Shown in pieces: positions 24,601 through 39,500 of a DNA stretch of 64,000 nucleotides. Under the pieces are notes generated by a model, which was not told where the DNA came from, ran no database searches, and saw only the letters and a list, made by a program, of their open reading frames with translations. Source of the stretch: Balanoglossus misakiensis (Eukaryota; Animalia; Hemichordata). Numbering within the stretch: position 1 is the stretch's first letter; each line of letters opens with the position of its first letter. The stretch lies in contig CM082583.2 in assembly GCA_040954595.2 (NCBI GenBank), positions 7,686,849 through 7,750,848 of the forward strand, read 5' to 3'. Made by a program: the position numbers and the translations under genes.

Positions 24601-27600
24601 CAAAAACCGGCATTTGCGGATATTAGATTGAGGAAAATACGAAACAAGACTATCTCAATAAAACGAAATTACGTGGGTGTCAACATTCGAGGAACCTTGT
24701 GAAATTGCTGGGCTTCAATAGCAATAAAAAACATCACTCTATCGTTTTTGAATTTCAGTGTGATCGCACATCAATTTTTGCTAATGGAAAATGACTATCA
24801 ATTATAAGATATAACGCTTGAAACGGGACACCATTTTCATTTACCCTGACAATTCTAGTTTGCCATATTATCTACATGTACACAGACGAAGGTGCGATGT
24901 TTGTGGCTACTCGCCCTAGAACTGCTCATAAAAAAGGTGTGACATATAGCGACTCGCGCGGTTAAATAGCATGAAATTCACTGAAGCGTCACCATCGAAG
25001 TGCAACAGATATAATCAGTTTCTTTTTAACTTGATTGCAGAAGGTCAGTGAAGTGTTTTCATCAAAAGGTCTATGATGAAGATACAATAAACGCGAGTTA
25101 GTCGTGGATTCATGATGCCGATATTATATGATCGTTGACTGACTTCTCCCAATCATATCGTTTCTCTCAATTTGATACAAGTCACGTGTCTTTGTTCTTT
25201 TAGCTGCAAGGCACAGTGACGTACGTCGTAAACAAGTTCGTCTTTAATTTCGAGATGTAATAGATATGAACTGAATGTCCTCGAGTGGTATGAAGGTGCA
25301 GAGTTTAATGAAACATTATGGAGTAGCTATGTTAGCTTTAAATTGTACACAAGACGTGCCGACCACTAGGAAATGGAGGCTGAAATACGTGTGACGACGC
25401 GGGACTCTCTGATCAATTACATGTATAGCGCCCTCCATAGCGTGGTCGTCCGTAACAAGGGACAATTGTCCTTTTATCATAACTTCATTCATTCGCAGGA
25501 CACGCCACCAAAACCTAATTAGTTAGAAATAAATAGAACCCGTATGATATCTGAACAGCTGTTCGTGTAAACAGACAGAGAGAAAGATAGACACACACAC
25601 AGTAATCTGACCTCACGTGACCATATCACGTGAGGTAAGAAAATGGTGCCATAGGCTAGTTCCTGTTTATATTTTCCAAACCATAAGCTGGGCGCCGTGG
25701 CATGTCAAAGCCATCTGCACAGACAGTAACTCCATTTTCTCTCTCAAAACATTCCTTGCTATCGCCAGCAGGTGCCAACATTGTAGCATCATTTGTTTGT
25801 CGCTCGAAATACATGCCCGAACGAGCTATCCCAAGATTTGAGTACGGATATAGAACTCTGATCTACATAGCCACGCGTCATTTCCTTTGCACACGAGATA
25901 CCGCAATATGACTGTTTGATATGCGCGTTCGCCTGTTTTATGATAAAATAAAAAATATGACCTTCACTCCTGCGTTTGATATTGATATATCCGACACTTA
26001 CATTCAGCCATACCTGAAACGACGTCTACCAGTGTAGCCAAACAAGCACTAAGCGTACATGTACACACGTCTGAAACCCTCATTTTAAAGTACATTGCTT
26101 TGACTTCATACTGTTGGCGATGACTTCTTAATCAGCAGTTCATCTTCGATGCGGTTCAATGAACCCTTAATAGACAACAATCATCAAACAATGCCCAAGG
26201 CCTTCTGTTGCTAGTGCAACACAATAAGGTAGCGAGAGCAGATTTAATCGGTTCTATCAACCCAGAGCAATAACCACCGTAACGAAAACAGCATCTGCGC
26301 GGGAAATCTCAAAGACACGTACTCTTAATATGATATCAGCATTCGCGTTACTTACCTTACACGAAGGGGGGCATACCTGCAATTGTAGCAGGGAAGGTGC
26401 CTTGATATCTGATCTCGTAAATGCAAAGAAGTCCCATGGGAAAATCAGCTCAGGTCAGCAACACACTTGAGAAAGTTAAGCGGGTGTTACTTCTTATCTC
26501 CAGAGTTTTTGCAAAACAAAAGTTACTGTGAGTGCGTTGTTCTTAGTACTAAGTAAGGTGTAATAATCAAAATTCTGTATTTAAAAGGCCCCAGGTAACT
26601 GTGCATTAGATGTAATTCCAGCTAGATATTTGTGCATTGATATCATCAGCCTTGGCAAACAGGGATATTTTCAGAATATCAAAGTACTATCATCAGTCAT
26701 ACCCCATCCACGATCGAAAAGTCTTCGTCATATACATAATTTTTTACGTGATCGGATAACACAGATAATAGGCAGCACACAGACAAACCTTATAACCAAC
26801 CGAGGCAAGGCAAGGCAAGCTATCTACTCAGTAGCGATGTCAGGTGTCCTGAATATCCTTCCCCCTCCTCTCCTCTCACCCCTCTCCTCTATCAGTCAGT
26901 CCATCCTTCCATCCATCGTCACAACCGGTAATTGTCGCACTCTGCCACATGTGTCTTAGACATAAATCCGTTTCCTACATGAGCTGAGATACATAGACAC
27001 GAAAGTCTTCAAGGTCGCATGCTCAAGCATAGTGAGTAAAATGTTAGATGAATCTGTTGGATGAATTCACCGTAATTGGGTGTCTTCATAAAAGACCAGT
27101 TTGAACTTTCCGCGTTTCCGTCATCGTTATTCGCCCTAATAATATGATACGAAATCGTTAGTTACCAAGTGCACCAATTTCTTTTTTTCCCTTCTTTCAC
27201 TGTAAACGCGATTGCAAGTCTTTTCCATTCTCGGCGCATTTCTCATTATCTCTCTTGCTATGAAGGTTAGAGTGCTTAATAGGAAACGCATGGGAACGTT
27301 TAGCTTCATAACATCAGCGACCAATTAGCCACCACCGTTAACTTGCAATATCTACGAAGTCTATACATCAGCTCTGCATGCAATGCATGCTAAAATGGCT
27401 ATATATTCAAAAGTGATTCTTTTCATTTTGACAAAATGTAATAACATGTATTGTTGGAAATAATCAAAAGGAGAGACGGTATTTAACACTGAAAGCTTCA
27501 ATTCCGTCTGCGCACATTCGTAGTAATTCATTATCACATTCGTCTTTATTTTCATTTCACAGTTAAAAGACCGAGAAAATTAAATTTACAATGCCAGAAA

Positions 27601-30070
27601 TAATTAACTCTATCTTGGTATTTACTATGTGTGTGTGTGGTGAAGTGGTCTGTCAGGATGGAAATTGCAATAGTACTATAGCAGAGTGGCTTTAAGAAAC
27701 GTGCCCTATATATAACATGATTTATTTTGGGATCGTTTTCTTTGTTGACCTTATGGTTGGAATTGCATAATTCCTGACAGGGCTGACGTTCGGCGATAAA
27801 ATCTCACCAATTGATATTCCATAACACTATACTAATATAATTTAGTTCAACGAATGAAAAAAATAATCGACTTACAATAGCAAATTTTATTAACTGACTG
27901 TAACACACTTCCACCTTTAAGAAAACTTACAATATTCATTTTATAAAAAAAGCCGATGTCTTGACCTTTAGTCGCCGAAGAGAAATGAAAAGGCAACCAC
28001 GTTGGTTTTTATAGAAGGCCCTGGGGTATCAATCTGATTGTAAATTGAGGTGCGACCAAGTACCTACATGCATTGAAGGGACGATTTATGTCTGACCTTC
28101 GTCTTGACATGCGCACTGTGAAAATCTGTCAGCAACCGTTCTGCTTGTAGGAGAGGTTCCGTACGCCCTTGGGATCCAAACTACGTATCGTTTATGAGAG
28201 GTCGCGGGGTTACCCTTTCACGATGATTGAATTTCAGGACTTGTCAGGCACCTTGCGTGCGAATTTGATGTCTTTCCATAAATGCGTTGTATTTCTGACG
28301 GTTGTTACGAAACAAGAATGACAAAATCCGACGAGAAATGTTCAGCGAAAAGCTACATCGGTTTGATTAAATCCCACACGAGCAGTCTTAATAGTCGTGA
28401 AGGGACGCTGTATACATGGAGCCTGATTCTCTTCGTAACCAGTTTGAAAAGGGACACGTACAGGCAAACAAAAATGACGAACGTATGAAATAAGACCGTT
28501 ACCCCCGAAATCAAAATAATGGCTTCAAACCGCGTCACGAGACCGAGAAAACACTGCTTCGCTGTAGAAACGTCTTATATAGTGACACAAACAACGCTGT
28601 CCTGAGTAAGCCTTCTATGTTCTAGGCAATGCAATAGTATATCCGCCATGGCCTCGGCTATTTATAGATAATATAGAAGCAGTAAACCACCCAAGAGACG
28701 ATCGTTACAGAACTTTGGAAATCACGGGCGGATTAACCTACAAATGTCAACGTATGCGTGATGTCAGAAAATAGGCTTATCTTGTATCTGCGCGCACATG
28801 ACGTTATTTGAACAGTTTGAACGCAGAGAGTCAAGGATAGAGTAAAAGGCCACAGACATTTGAAGATCAAAGGTAGTGATTTCTACATGCATGATAATCT
28901 TTATTATAGCAACGTTAATCTAACGATTATTTGAAATCAAAATCTTCAAAGAATCTTTGATTACTATGTTCCTTGTGAATATAATTCTGAACAAAGTACA
29001 TGTTCTGTGTACGCCTTGCCTCAAGCAATATCTAGTGATTACAATAAGTATGACATTATATGGAAATTCAAATAATAACATACACGGTCAAAAAGTACTT
29101 TTGTCAGCAAAAATGAAATTCCACGGTCTTCGCTATATACCTCAAACCGTCAAGCGCACGGTTACTACGGCGACGGGCATTGTACTCGCACAGTGTGGAG
29201 TGGGTGTATAGGCAGGTAGGCGCGTTGCCATCAATGCTTCTTATGCCCACACATCGTCCGCGACAGTTTTTCCCCCAGGCTGGCCAGCTTAAGGTTTGAA
29301 AGACTAATCTGCAGAATCATAGTCCTACAGCTCCTGGTGCATAGCCCTCCTGCTAATATCACGACTCCCCTGCTGTGTCTCCCATGACCGTTTTTTTTTG
29401 TTTCCAAGACTTTGACTTGCAACTCGTATAATATAGGGCTATAGTTCTCGTGTGGCAGTAGTTCGTCATCAGGCAGCCGATACACCTTGAGGAATAGGGG
29501 AATTCTCGATCTACACAAAAAATCGATGTGTATTTTCACAACCGATAGCTTTACCATTTCTTTTGCTTTGTACATGTAATATTTTCAAGATCATGAGAAA
29601 TATATATATACACACACATCACTGTGAGAATCACAGACTTCATCTTTTGCACTTTGCGCCAGGGTTCAAGCGTTGCCTGTGTATGCTATTGATTTGACCC
29701 AGACAGACAATGCACATTTTTCAATAACAAATCAATCATGCAAATAGTCGAATGATTGGCGTCTTGATGTCTGCACGGAGCTAATTTTAAGTGCTCATGT
29801 TGTAACGGATCAATGGAGGGAATGTGGATATAATCAATCAATCATACAATATAATTGTACTGCTATAGTTTAGTTAACATTCATTTGGCGAAACATGAAT
29901 TGGCATGAATCAGAGTCAATTTCGTTAAACGAAGGCGAGTGATTACTTGGACTGTTTTCTGTCTGAAGTACATTGGAAATTGGTAATTGTCTTTCTTTAA
30001 ATCAGGAGTTCTGAAAAACAAAGATCGCATATGACAAATATTACTCGCAACATAAAACAAAACAAGCAAT

Positions 30071-30468
30071 GTCAACACCAACACCTGGTGCATAACACGA
30101 CCAATCACGAAGTACACACTGCTCTCTTGTCAACCAATGAACGACGAGATCGTTAAAACCTGGTATGGAGATTTCCATTGTTTGAGAGAGCCATGCATAA
30201 ATGCATATAGCGTCTACTACAGGTGTTTTCTCGCGTGTGTGTGGCCACGTCATACGTGTCACCATTTTCACGGCGAAAGCGTGTCGGATTACGACGGCGT
30301 GTGTATGACCCAAATGACGCGACCAAACCCCAGGAAAATGACTCGTCGTTTCAGGATTTAGGAGACCTTCTCGGAGAAAATTTACAGGAATTTGTGTGGA
30401 AAGAAGCCGGAATCCCTTCAAGTTTGCCGAAGCCCTATCCGCCAAGGAACAAGCAAGTACATGTAAGT
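30071..30468 (+). repeat. Dispersed repeat copy B (homolog of 6868-7286), more decayed
   Basis: gtcaacaccaacacctggtgcataacacgaccaatc vs gtcaacagcacctggtataaaacatgaccaatc; cttgtcaaccaatga vs cttgtcagccaatca; 32/36 core block; ccttcaagtttgccgaag vs ccttcaaatttgacgaag. Confidence 0.75.
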
Positions 30469-33400
30469 AGGGCCTAGGCCCCCGCTCGTTAATGTTACTG
30501 ATAACATGGCGTGATTACAGCGTGAGACCCCCAGAACTAGATAGCATCTCTACACATTCACGGCACACGTAAAAAAACTATGAAAAACGTCAATCGTTAC
30601 ACTATCTTGTTGTGGTGTTCTGGGGAATATTAAATTGTAACCGTGCCTTGTTATAAGTGTAATTTCACGCGTGTCTGTGCTTGTGCAAGGCAATAGCTCG
30701 ACAAAGCCCAGCACGTGGTAAATTTTGCATAGTGGATGCTTGTTGTCTGATCGATTCATCAGACGGCGATGGCGGTGACACTCAGTGTTTTTTTCTGGCC
30801 TTTAAAGAGGAAGCGTGATGTTTCGAAAAAAGAGAGCTTTAATGGGAGTTCAAGAACAGTTTGTGATTGCTTTGCTGCCGTACACGTCAATATCACTCGC
30901 TGCTTTTGTTCGCATTGTCTGTGGCATACACTGTATCCGCGCATGGTTTCGGATTGGATTGTGACGTCACCCTTGGTCAACGAAACCGCCATGCGTTTTT
31001 GGCAGATGTAACAATAATCCATTTGGTATCTATAGAAGGTTTGAGTGGTTATTATTCATGGTCGGAGTAGAATTGGGAATGCCACAGAATTTTAAAGCGT
31101 TTAATGTTACCCGAAAAGATTTCTTCGCTTTGTACTTTGTCCGAAACGTCACTCTGTAACATTCGCTCTCAAAACGAACAACCGTGAGTCTCTTACTGTG
31201 GACAGAGCTGTCGGCATTTTTCTCCTGCAGACCGATTCTCGTCCCGAGTCCTTTGCTGTAATAAATTGTGACACAATTCATTCGCACAAACTTTATATAT
31301 AGCCTACAAGGAAATTTGGTAGTAGGCAGGAAACAAAACTGCCAGACATACTTTCGCATTTCTGGTGATAGCTAAATGATAACCAATTTTCTAAGGTAAA
31401 ATCTCACGCATTGCTAGTATAACGTCGACTCTCTGTTAAACGCGAGTAATACCGTAATTGCTCCGTCAAGTCAATGACGTAATATAACAGATCACCCAAT
31501 TACAGAGTTCAAATAAATGTCGAGACTTCCTTTCAGTTGTCATTTCTATTCTTTCTCTAAGTGGAAGGTAATCTGATGCAGGATGGATGAAGCTCTTACC
31601 CTGCGGATATGCTGTGCTGTAAAGTGAATCCAAATCCCTGATCAGGTATTCATCGTGACAGATAGGGATCAGGCTAAACTGTAATTTGCAAAGTTTCACT
31701 TTGATGTTGTACTTATAAGTCAATCGCGGGCTACATTCCGAGAATTGTACACCAGGTATGTCTCAGGGTCTTTTTTCCGCCATGATGATTTGTCAAGGCG
31801 AGTTTGATGTGGTTTCTCAGCTCCAGGTCATTTCTTAATTATATTAGGACGAAACTGTGTCAAATGTTTGTAGTTTGTTTCCTCCACTAACGGTGATAGT
31901 TCCCGGTCGATTATGGACTATATAAAAAATACATTACTGCCAACATGACGGAAAATGTAATTTACAGTACACAGGTACACTCATCAAACTTATTTTGGAG
32001 ACATCATAGCTGTAACTGCTTCTTGGCATGTTTAATCCCATTAACAACTGTACTTCTTTCAAAGCATGAACACCTGTGCTTATTAATAGAAGGAAATGGA
32101 TTTCTCGCGGAAGTCCTCTCGTTGCTCGGGGGTTTGTTCCATTGTAATGAATCCCAAGATAGATAAACAATCTCTGCAAGGATTTCAAATTTCTCCCTTA
32201 TATCTATCATGCATATGAAATATGAGCCCTTCTTTCATTAAATTAATTCCGGAAGGCAGCTGTGCTTTCTGCGCACCTTAAATGCACTCAAAACTCTGTG
32301 AAATTCAAGCAGTGGCTGTCTGTTGTAACGCTACGTTTAATTTACGTAGTAAAATCTGGGGGGGGGGGGGGGGGTAGCGATTTCTACTCAATAAGTATAT
32401 TCACAAAAATATCTTTGGACAGCAACCATGATATTTTTAGTCTCAAATATTGCTATTCATATTTTGCTGTAGATGTCAATGAAGAAATGCTCAACTCTGT
32501 GAAAGTAGTCAGCACCCCGTATACAACGAATACCTGCAAACAGTGTTACATTGTATTGGTTCATGTATTGATCTAATGTTCAAGCTCCGGTATTGTGACT
32601 CTACATGCAGTTCAACGTACTTTGAAACCATATGATTGTCTGTACTTTGCTGTAGTTGGAAAGATTCAAACCTTAAACGCAACCGAAAAGAGAATCGCAA
32701 AATTATTTATAATATATTGTTTCCGATATTCAGTCATCAGTTTTCTTAGTGGGTATATGCGTTGTTTTAAATGCCTTGTAAAACAGCATCAATGTTCTTT
32801 GGGAGTGAAAGTGTTTGATTATTCCAAGATGATGATAAAATGATTCACCTTCTACAATCTCGCCGTTCAGTTTGAGAGTTTTCGCCTCGTCTTTGATTCT
32901 AAAATAAAAAACTCGTTACTTTGGCTTTTAAGTCTAAATATACATGTAGGTCTCGTCGCACCAATCCTTGACATGGTCTGTCTGATTTTCAAAATGTTCT
33001 TTGTCATTTGAATAATCCCCGAGGGATCATAAGTCTGCATATTTTACCATCTTTGTCGCTCCACTTGTACTTTGAAGATCGTTAGTGTATAATTTGAACA
33101 AAACGGGACAAATTACTAGACCCAGTGGACGTGTTTCGCATACCGTACACTACACTGCTGCGGATTGAGATGAACTTATTCCGATCTATGGTACTTGCTC
33201 GTTCGATCGAGCTGTTATTTCTTTATCACGGAAGCCGGAACCAAAAGTACATTATGCATGGGTTTACATTCGCGTTCTTTAGATTTTTCGCCATCGGATC
33301 TGGTTTTGTAGTGTTGACAGCCAGTGAAAAGTAGAATATAAATCCTGGCATCTGCCACCAGAAGGCTTGTTTCAGAATAAGCATGTTACTAAAAAGAGAC

Positions 33401-33489
33401 TTTTTGAAGTGCGGCTGTACCAGATACTTTAAATAGGTCACGTGCCTGTGGGCGACGCATGCTCTATAAAAGCGGAACAATGATAACCA

Positions 33490-33522
33490 ACTTACCTACG
33501 GCACAACAGGAAAAAAAGTTAG
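33490..33522 (-). other. Candidate recursive splice site (3' splice site immediately followed by a consensus 5' splice site)
   Basis: Minus strand reads CTAAC-TTTTTTTCCTGTTGTGCCG-TAG|GTAAGT. Confidence 0.5.
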
Positions 33523-36500
33523 AATAATTTCTAACGGAATAATCATGATTAGGTCTATTCACATAGTCAATAATTCATTGTACCATTTGCCCTTGATCTA
33601 GTGCACATCATGTATAATACAGTACTCTATAATAATCACTGACTTGCGGTTCTGCAAAGGCTTATCAAATGTAAAGCTAGTCGTTAATTAACGTGAAATT
33701 GCTTATTGTCTCTCAAAACAGCCAGGTGACGTCAATGCGGATTTTATTGATTCATTAAGTGTATGTTTGGTGTTACAAACTTCCGTCCTTCAACCCAGTA
33801 ACTGGAATCACTCATTACAGATTGTTACATCTACATGTATGTCACTGAGAAAATATATCCAAGGAGAATGGAAATTACAATATAATGAACATCCTTGACA
33901 TTAAGTACATGCCTAAAGTCGACCCATGAGGTTATCATTCAAACATAGTTCGAACGGACAGCAATCTCACTCGGGAAACTTAATATAAATTTCGAACGGA
34001 GAGAATACCACTCAATTTAAGTGATTGGTGCAGCTTTAAACGGCGCTTTTCACGACATTTTACACTTGTTTGCGTTCTTTAACGAGTCTTCTGCTTCGTG
34101 GAGCAATTTTACCCGAGATGGGAAATCTTGATTGTACTTGGTCATCATCCCGACAGCTCTCAATTTTATAAATTATTCACTCCGGGCAAAATCGCTTAAA
34201 TTTGGCTCTTATATACTTCGTGTCCTCGAAGAAGCCTCAAACTGCTGAACTCCCACGGAGATACATGTAGCTCACCCAATCGGTATTGTGCAAGTCATTA
34301 TGCTGATATTTATCCACACAATTTCACGTGGCTGAAAACGCCCTGGGACAGTGTAGATATGCCACATGACGTCCATGAATGGTCCTGAATTGATTTCTCC
34401 CCCACAAAATCCCGCCGTGCTCCAGAAATGATAACAATTCACTGAAAAGATAACAGTTCGCTCGCGGCCTGCCACGTGGTGAGGCGACAAAGAAAACGTA
34501 AATTCTGACGTGTACGTCCGCGACCTTCCGGTTGATTTGACCTTAAACGGAGTTTCCTCCTTTTTAAATTGACGACGGGGTTCTTCATATTTCTGGTTTC
34601 TTTCTTTGCATTATAAAAGGGTGTGAAGGATGGGCCTCACTGGAGCAGTGTATGTGATAAACAAAACATCTCCCAATATTCCGAATAAGTGTGAAAACGG
34701 GTGATTCCACTACTTGGCTGTATCCGTCCGCGGCTCAAATGGAGGGATGACGTAACACTCGCTCGAAATATTCGGAGATTATACGCATTTATGTAATTAT
34801 TCACCATGTATATTTGTCAATTTGCATTGAGTACCTTGAATAATAAGCGGTGTAGTTCAGTAGACAAATATTCAAATTATATTCTCTGTTGCTTGGACAT
34901 TTCATCTGTTGTCTCTGTTACGTTGGAAACCCATTTTTTTGGCGTTCACCAATTGGTCATTTCCTCTCGCACTTATGTTCATTTCAATGAACAAGCGGCC
35001 TTCCCAAATCTAATTAGTACAAACCATTCATTAAAAATGGCTTGCTTCCTTGGGAACGTCTTTGAGCACGTGTTTCCGACTATAAAATGTGTTTACCAGC
35101 CAGCTGTCCTTATATCTGCCATAAACGACGCCATCATTTTGATATTTGATGGTGCTGTGTACACGATTTACCTTACGTGTTTGTCATGGTAACTGGTAAT
35201 TGTTTCAATCGTTTCCTTCCAGTGCAAACCTGCACCTGTTAAAAATCACGAAAACGACAAACTACCGCCGCTTAGATGTTCTAACTTAAATAATGTCATG
35301 AGGTTATTTTTATCACCCGTGGTCGACAGTCTTAATGGAATATTCAGCGTCGTTTAAGTCATTATCATCCTACACTAGCTGTATTGTTTGGTTTAACTTA
35401 TTGATCACAGTTAGCTGATTATTAATAGATGGAGCAATTTGAGATACATGTAGAAGAAAGCGTTAAAGCTTCACATCTCAGCGGTTGAATTATTTCCGAT
35501 GTCACTTAGCTGTATCATCAATTAATCAGAGTGAGAAAAATCCTTGCTGGATGAAACAATATCCTTTTGGGAAAAGAGAGAGCTAGAGTGTCGGAAACAT
35601 CGACAATATATGTAAAGTGTTATTGAAATAAACCTTCAAAGATAAAACTCGTATTATAATCGGTAATTTCCTTTAGAACATTTTCAATCTGGTTTCCACT
35701 TCTGACCTTGTTGAGCATGCGCATAGTCATGCAAATCACAAAAGTAAAAGTAGTCAACTAACAGTGAGATATACTAGTACTTAACACTTCGAGTTTGACC
35801 AATCGAAAATCCCTTTGTAAGTGGAAGGGGGCGGGGAAGATTAGCATGAAATTTGAATGGAACTATGCAAACAAAGACGTGCTAAGATGTGCTAAGAATT
35901 ACATACAGCTGTCACATGAAATATGCAAATTAGTGTTTTGTTATATGCTATTCATCGCGGGCATGACTATCACTCTATATTGGAGCAGCAACCAAAGTCA
36001 CGTTTTAAAAACTATTTGTCAAATTACCAAGCTACATGTAGCTTCATGTCAAGCAATTTAATAATAATAATAATGAGATGACGTCTGCAACACCTGCACC
36101 CATGCAGTGACAGAGATAAAATTAACAAGTCAACCTCCCAGGAAACTGCGCATTTTCAAGAGGCAAGCAATAATCTACGAGATATAGCAATGGGTAACGA
36201 TCATTCCACAGAGGCGCGTGCCATTTTTGAAGCGGAAGTAAACTTGTGGCTCAGACAGGTGTGACTTCGCTGTGATGTTTTGCATAGCGTAGAAATTGCT
36301 ACTGGTGGCCATGGATAGGTTGGTAGACGAATGCTTGCACTAATACGTGTAGGCCTACGGGGTCAATCAACGAAGGAAAAATCGTTCTCAAACCTATAGG
36401 CCTTGGGAAAGTTGGAAATATCATGTTTGTTCCAAATTTTAAAAAAAAATCTATAAAATTCCGTATATTCACCTCAATTAGAGCAAACTCACGTCATCCC

Positions 36501-39500
36501 TGGAACATCTGTATGAATATTATTGTTATCTGATCTTCTCTTCTGGGGTAATTAAGAAAACCCTAGCGATTTGCTTGCAAAATATAAATGTTATATGATA
36601 AGGAAGTTTTTAAGGAGATGATTGGCTAAATGATACATAAAATTGGAATCTTCATCACACTGCGAACACACCTGAGCTACAATGTTCGTCATCCATAGGG
36701 ACTTGTACATCAGGAAGTTTCCAATTAAAGAAAAAGGGAGGCGAACGATGGACTTCTGCTAGTACTAGGGATACACCATCTGTTTCAAAAGTGTCATGTA
36801 ACGATGCACTTAGCACTAGCATTAGATACACGAAGGTTTGGAAAATAGCTATGTAATATTAATATGCGTCGTGTCCAGTCATAAATTTTCATAAAAAATA
36901 TTACATTAGGCGGGATGATGATGTTGTAAGAATTTAAGGGCTGTATGTAATGTTTCTATTTTTAGGTTTCATTGCACTGGCCTAATGGGTTCCCTTCCTG
37001 TTATGAAAACGTGTCTATCAGTTGAACATTTTCAAACGATGTACATTAGAACCACATGTTATTACCAGCAGGTATTGATATAAAGTCTTTAAATATGTTG
37101 TTATATTTTGCCGTATGTTCCAAATCAATTTTGGCTAATAATGACAATTATAGGTATAATATTTGCAGCATACAATGAGGGTGTCGTCAAACACGGCGGC
37201 ATTAGCCGATAGTGCGCGGCGCTAATGACTGAAAACGTTTACTTCGCCATGTTTTTTATGACAATATTATTTTACTCGTACACCTTTGTCGCAGCTTTTC
37301 ATGCGTGTTCACAAAATCGTCCGCCGATTTCTGGCGCCATCGCCAGTGCGATCTCGGTCGGTCGGCCATCTATAGTGCAGTCACCTACAGCCTCACGACA
37401 AGTACGTTGGCGATATGCCAGTACCTGGGCCATTCCATTTGGTAGAGGTGTTGCGAATAGGCTAAAAAGCTTAAGTGTGAGGGAACCATCTCGTTTCAAA
37501 ACAGTCTACAAAGTCAACCTTTGTTGGATATTTTATTTCGTCTATATCACTTAAGTACGGAAATAAGAAAGCTATTTTAAATACACTCTAAACAGATTTC
37601 ATCTTTAATAACCCCACTCCCCTCCAAATAATTCCTGGGATAGCCAGATTATCATTGGAGTCCTTGAAACCGTCCAAAAGGTAATCGCACAGTTTGATTC
37701 CCGAAATAAAGACGTTATGTGACTCGGTCATTTCGAAATGTGTATGTTTTGTATTGTTCTCGGGGGCATGCACATGTGCAGTGTAATTACCGCTGTGCCG
37801 TGACATTAGCAATACATGGGATAGAGTATGCAGTAGCAGATTTTGTATCTAATCTCATCATCCGATGACTTCTTAATTATTTATAATGGCGGATGAACGT
37901 ATTTCCAGAGGTAGTATTGGCTCCATGAAAAAAAAACGACGTGAGATTCATATCAGCGGTAGACAAGTAATTCAAGAACATATAAAAAAAATCATTAAAC
38001 CATTTAGAAATTGTGCATTTGTCGACCATTGACATGTTTGCTGGTCACAAAATAATCAGTATATAGCCATTCCAGTTTTACTGCCCTCGGAGTACAAAAG
38101 TTTGCTACTTCGTATATCCTTCAACAACTCTGCAATGTTTGGACGAATAGTCTCAATAGACCATTGTCACGAGCCTTGTGTGATGGCGACACTTCTGGCA
38201 TTTTGTTGGATACGTGGGTTTACCATTATTGACTGATATATCCTGTGACAAAAACATTGTCTGTTGCAAATAGGTGAACCAACTGCGATTTCACCTATTC
38301 ATTTCTAGAGTAGGTTAGAACGTGTATAGTGTTCATCTTGTCAACACAACCTTTTCAGTTAATGTAAATTGATCCTGTCATTTATACTGTCGACCACTTA
38401 ACCTGGGCCCCGGCTTTACAAGTCAACATTAAGGATGGAGAGGCCGTTAGTGTTGACCGAACACTTGTCATTTCAACAGCTCCGGGATAGTTAAACCAAA
38501 CACTATAATGAAGAAAAGCTATCAAAAGGGACATGTACGACTCTGGGTCTGTTAGCTCCCCTGAATTCGAATGAAGTTTATTTTCCCTTTAGGCATAATA
38601 TTGAAGGCGGTTTCATCTCAATTGACTTCAGAGAAAATCGATAGAAATGCAGAAAAGCCAACTTCACTATCAAGGCGATCGTCGATCCATGTCGTTGACA
38701 TGGACCATCCATTAATTCGTAATGACAACTCATTCAGGTCAAACGGGCATGCATGATTATTTTAACAGCGTGTTTAATCCTGGGGGGCATATCCTTAAAT
38801 ATCTTTGGTGACGTTATGGATGACATTCGACGGGTACTACCGCAGGCCTTCGCACGAAGGATGGTGTCAACAACATCATCTTTTGTTGCGGGTACAGTTC
38901 CGGCGTGGGTAGCAAATCTAATAAAAGCATTTCGAAGTATTGTGCAGAATGATGGTTAACACGTGCAGACGACTCTGTCACATGTTGATATTACCGCGTA
39001 TAATGTAGACAATAAATTGTTCACGTCACAGAGGTGGCCACGATGCGCCCAGGTCCCCTGTACTTATCTAATTTGTGAGGCTTCGTGAATTAAACATAGT
39101 GTTTTACTGGTTGTACAACACAACAGCGGTCTGTCAATGCGTTCTTGTGAATAAAATATCTTCTCATGCACTTAGGCACCAAATTCTCCCACTCTGTTTG
39201 TCTGTTTGTCAGTCAGAAAGCTCGTTGTTAAACTTACCTTGGTAAACACCTCCCGCCTAATTCATGGATTCCATTGACCTCTAGAGTGCATTGGCATCAG
39301 CATATCGCAAGAAACCACGGCTGACACCTTACTAGTCAGTTTGTGGAGTCATTTACAAGCAGTGCGAGCAATTTCACACCATCCATTTTATTGTGCACGT
39401 TCTAATGACAACGTCTAAGCGAATCGGGGGTCACTCATGTCATTTGGCGAACGTGCAATCCTTACGTTGGTAATTCACGACTGAGAGAATGTTTCAGACG

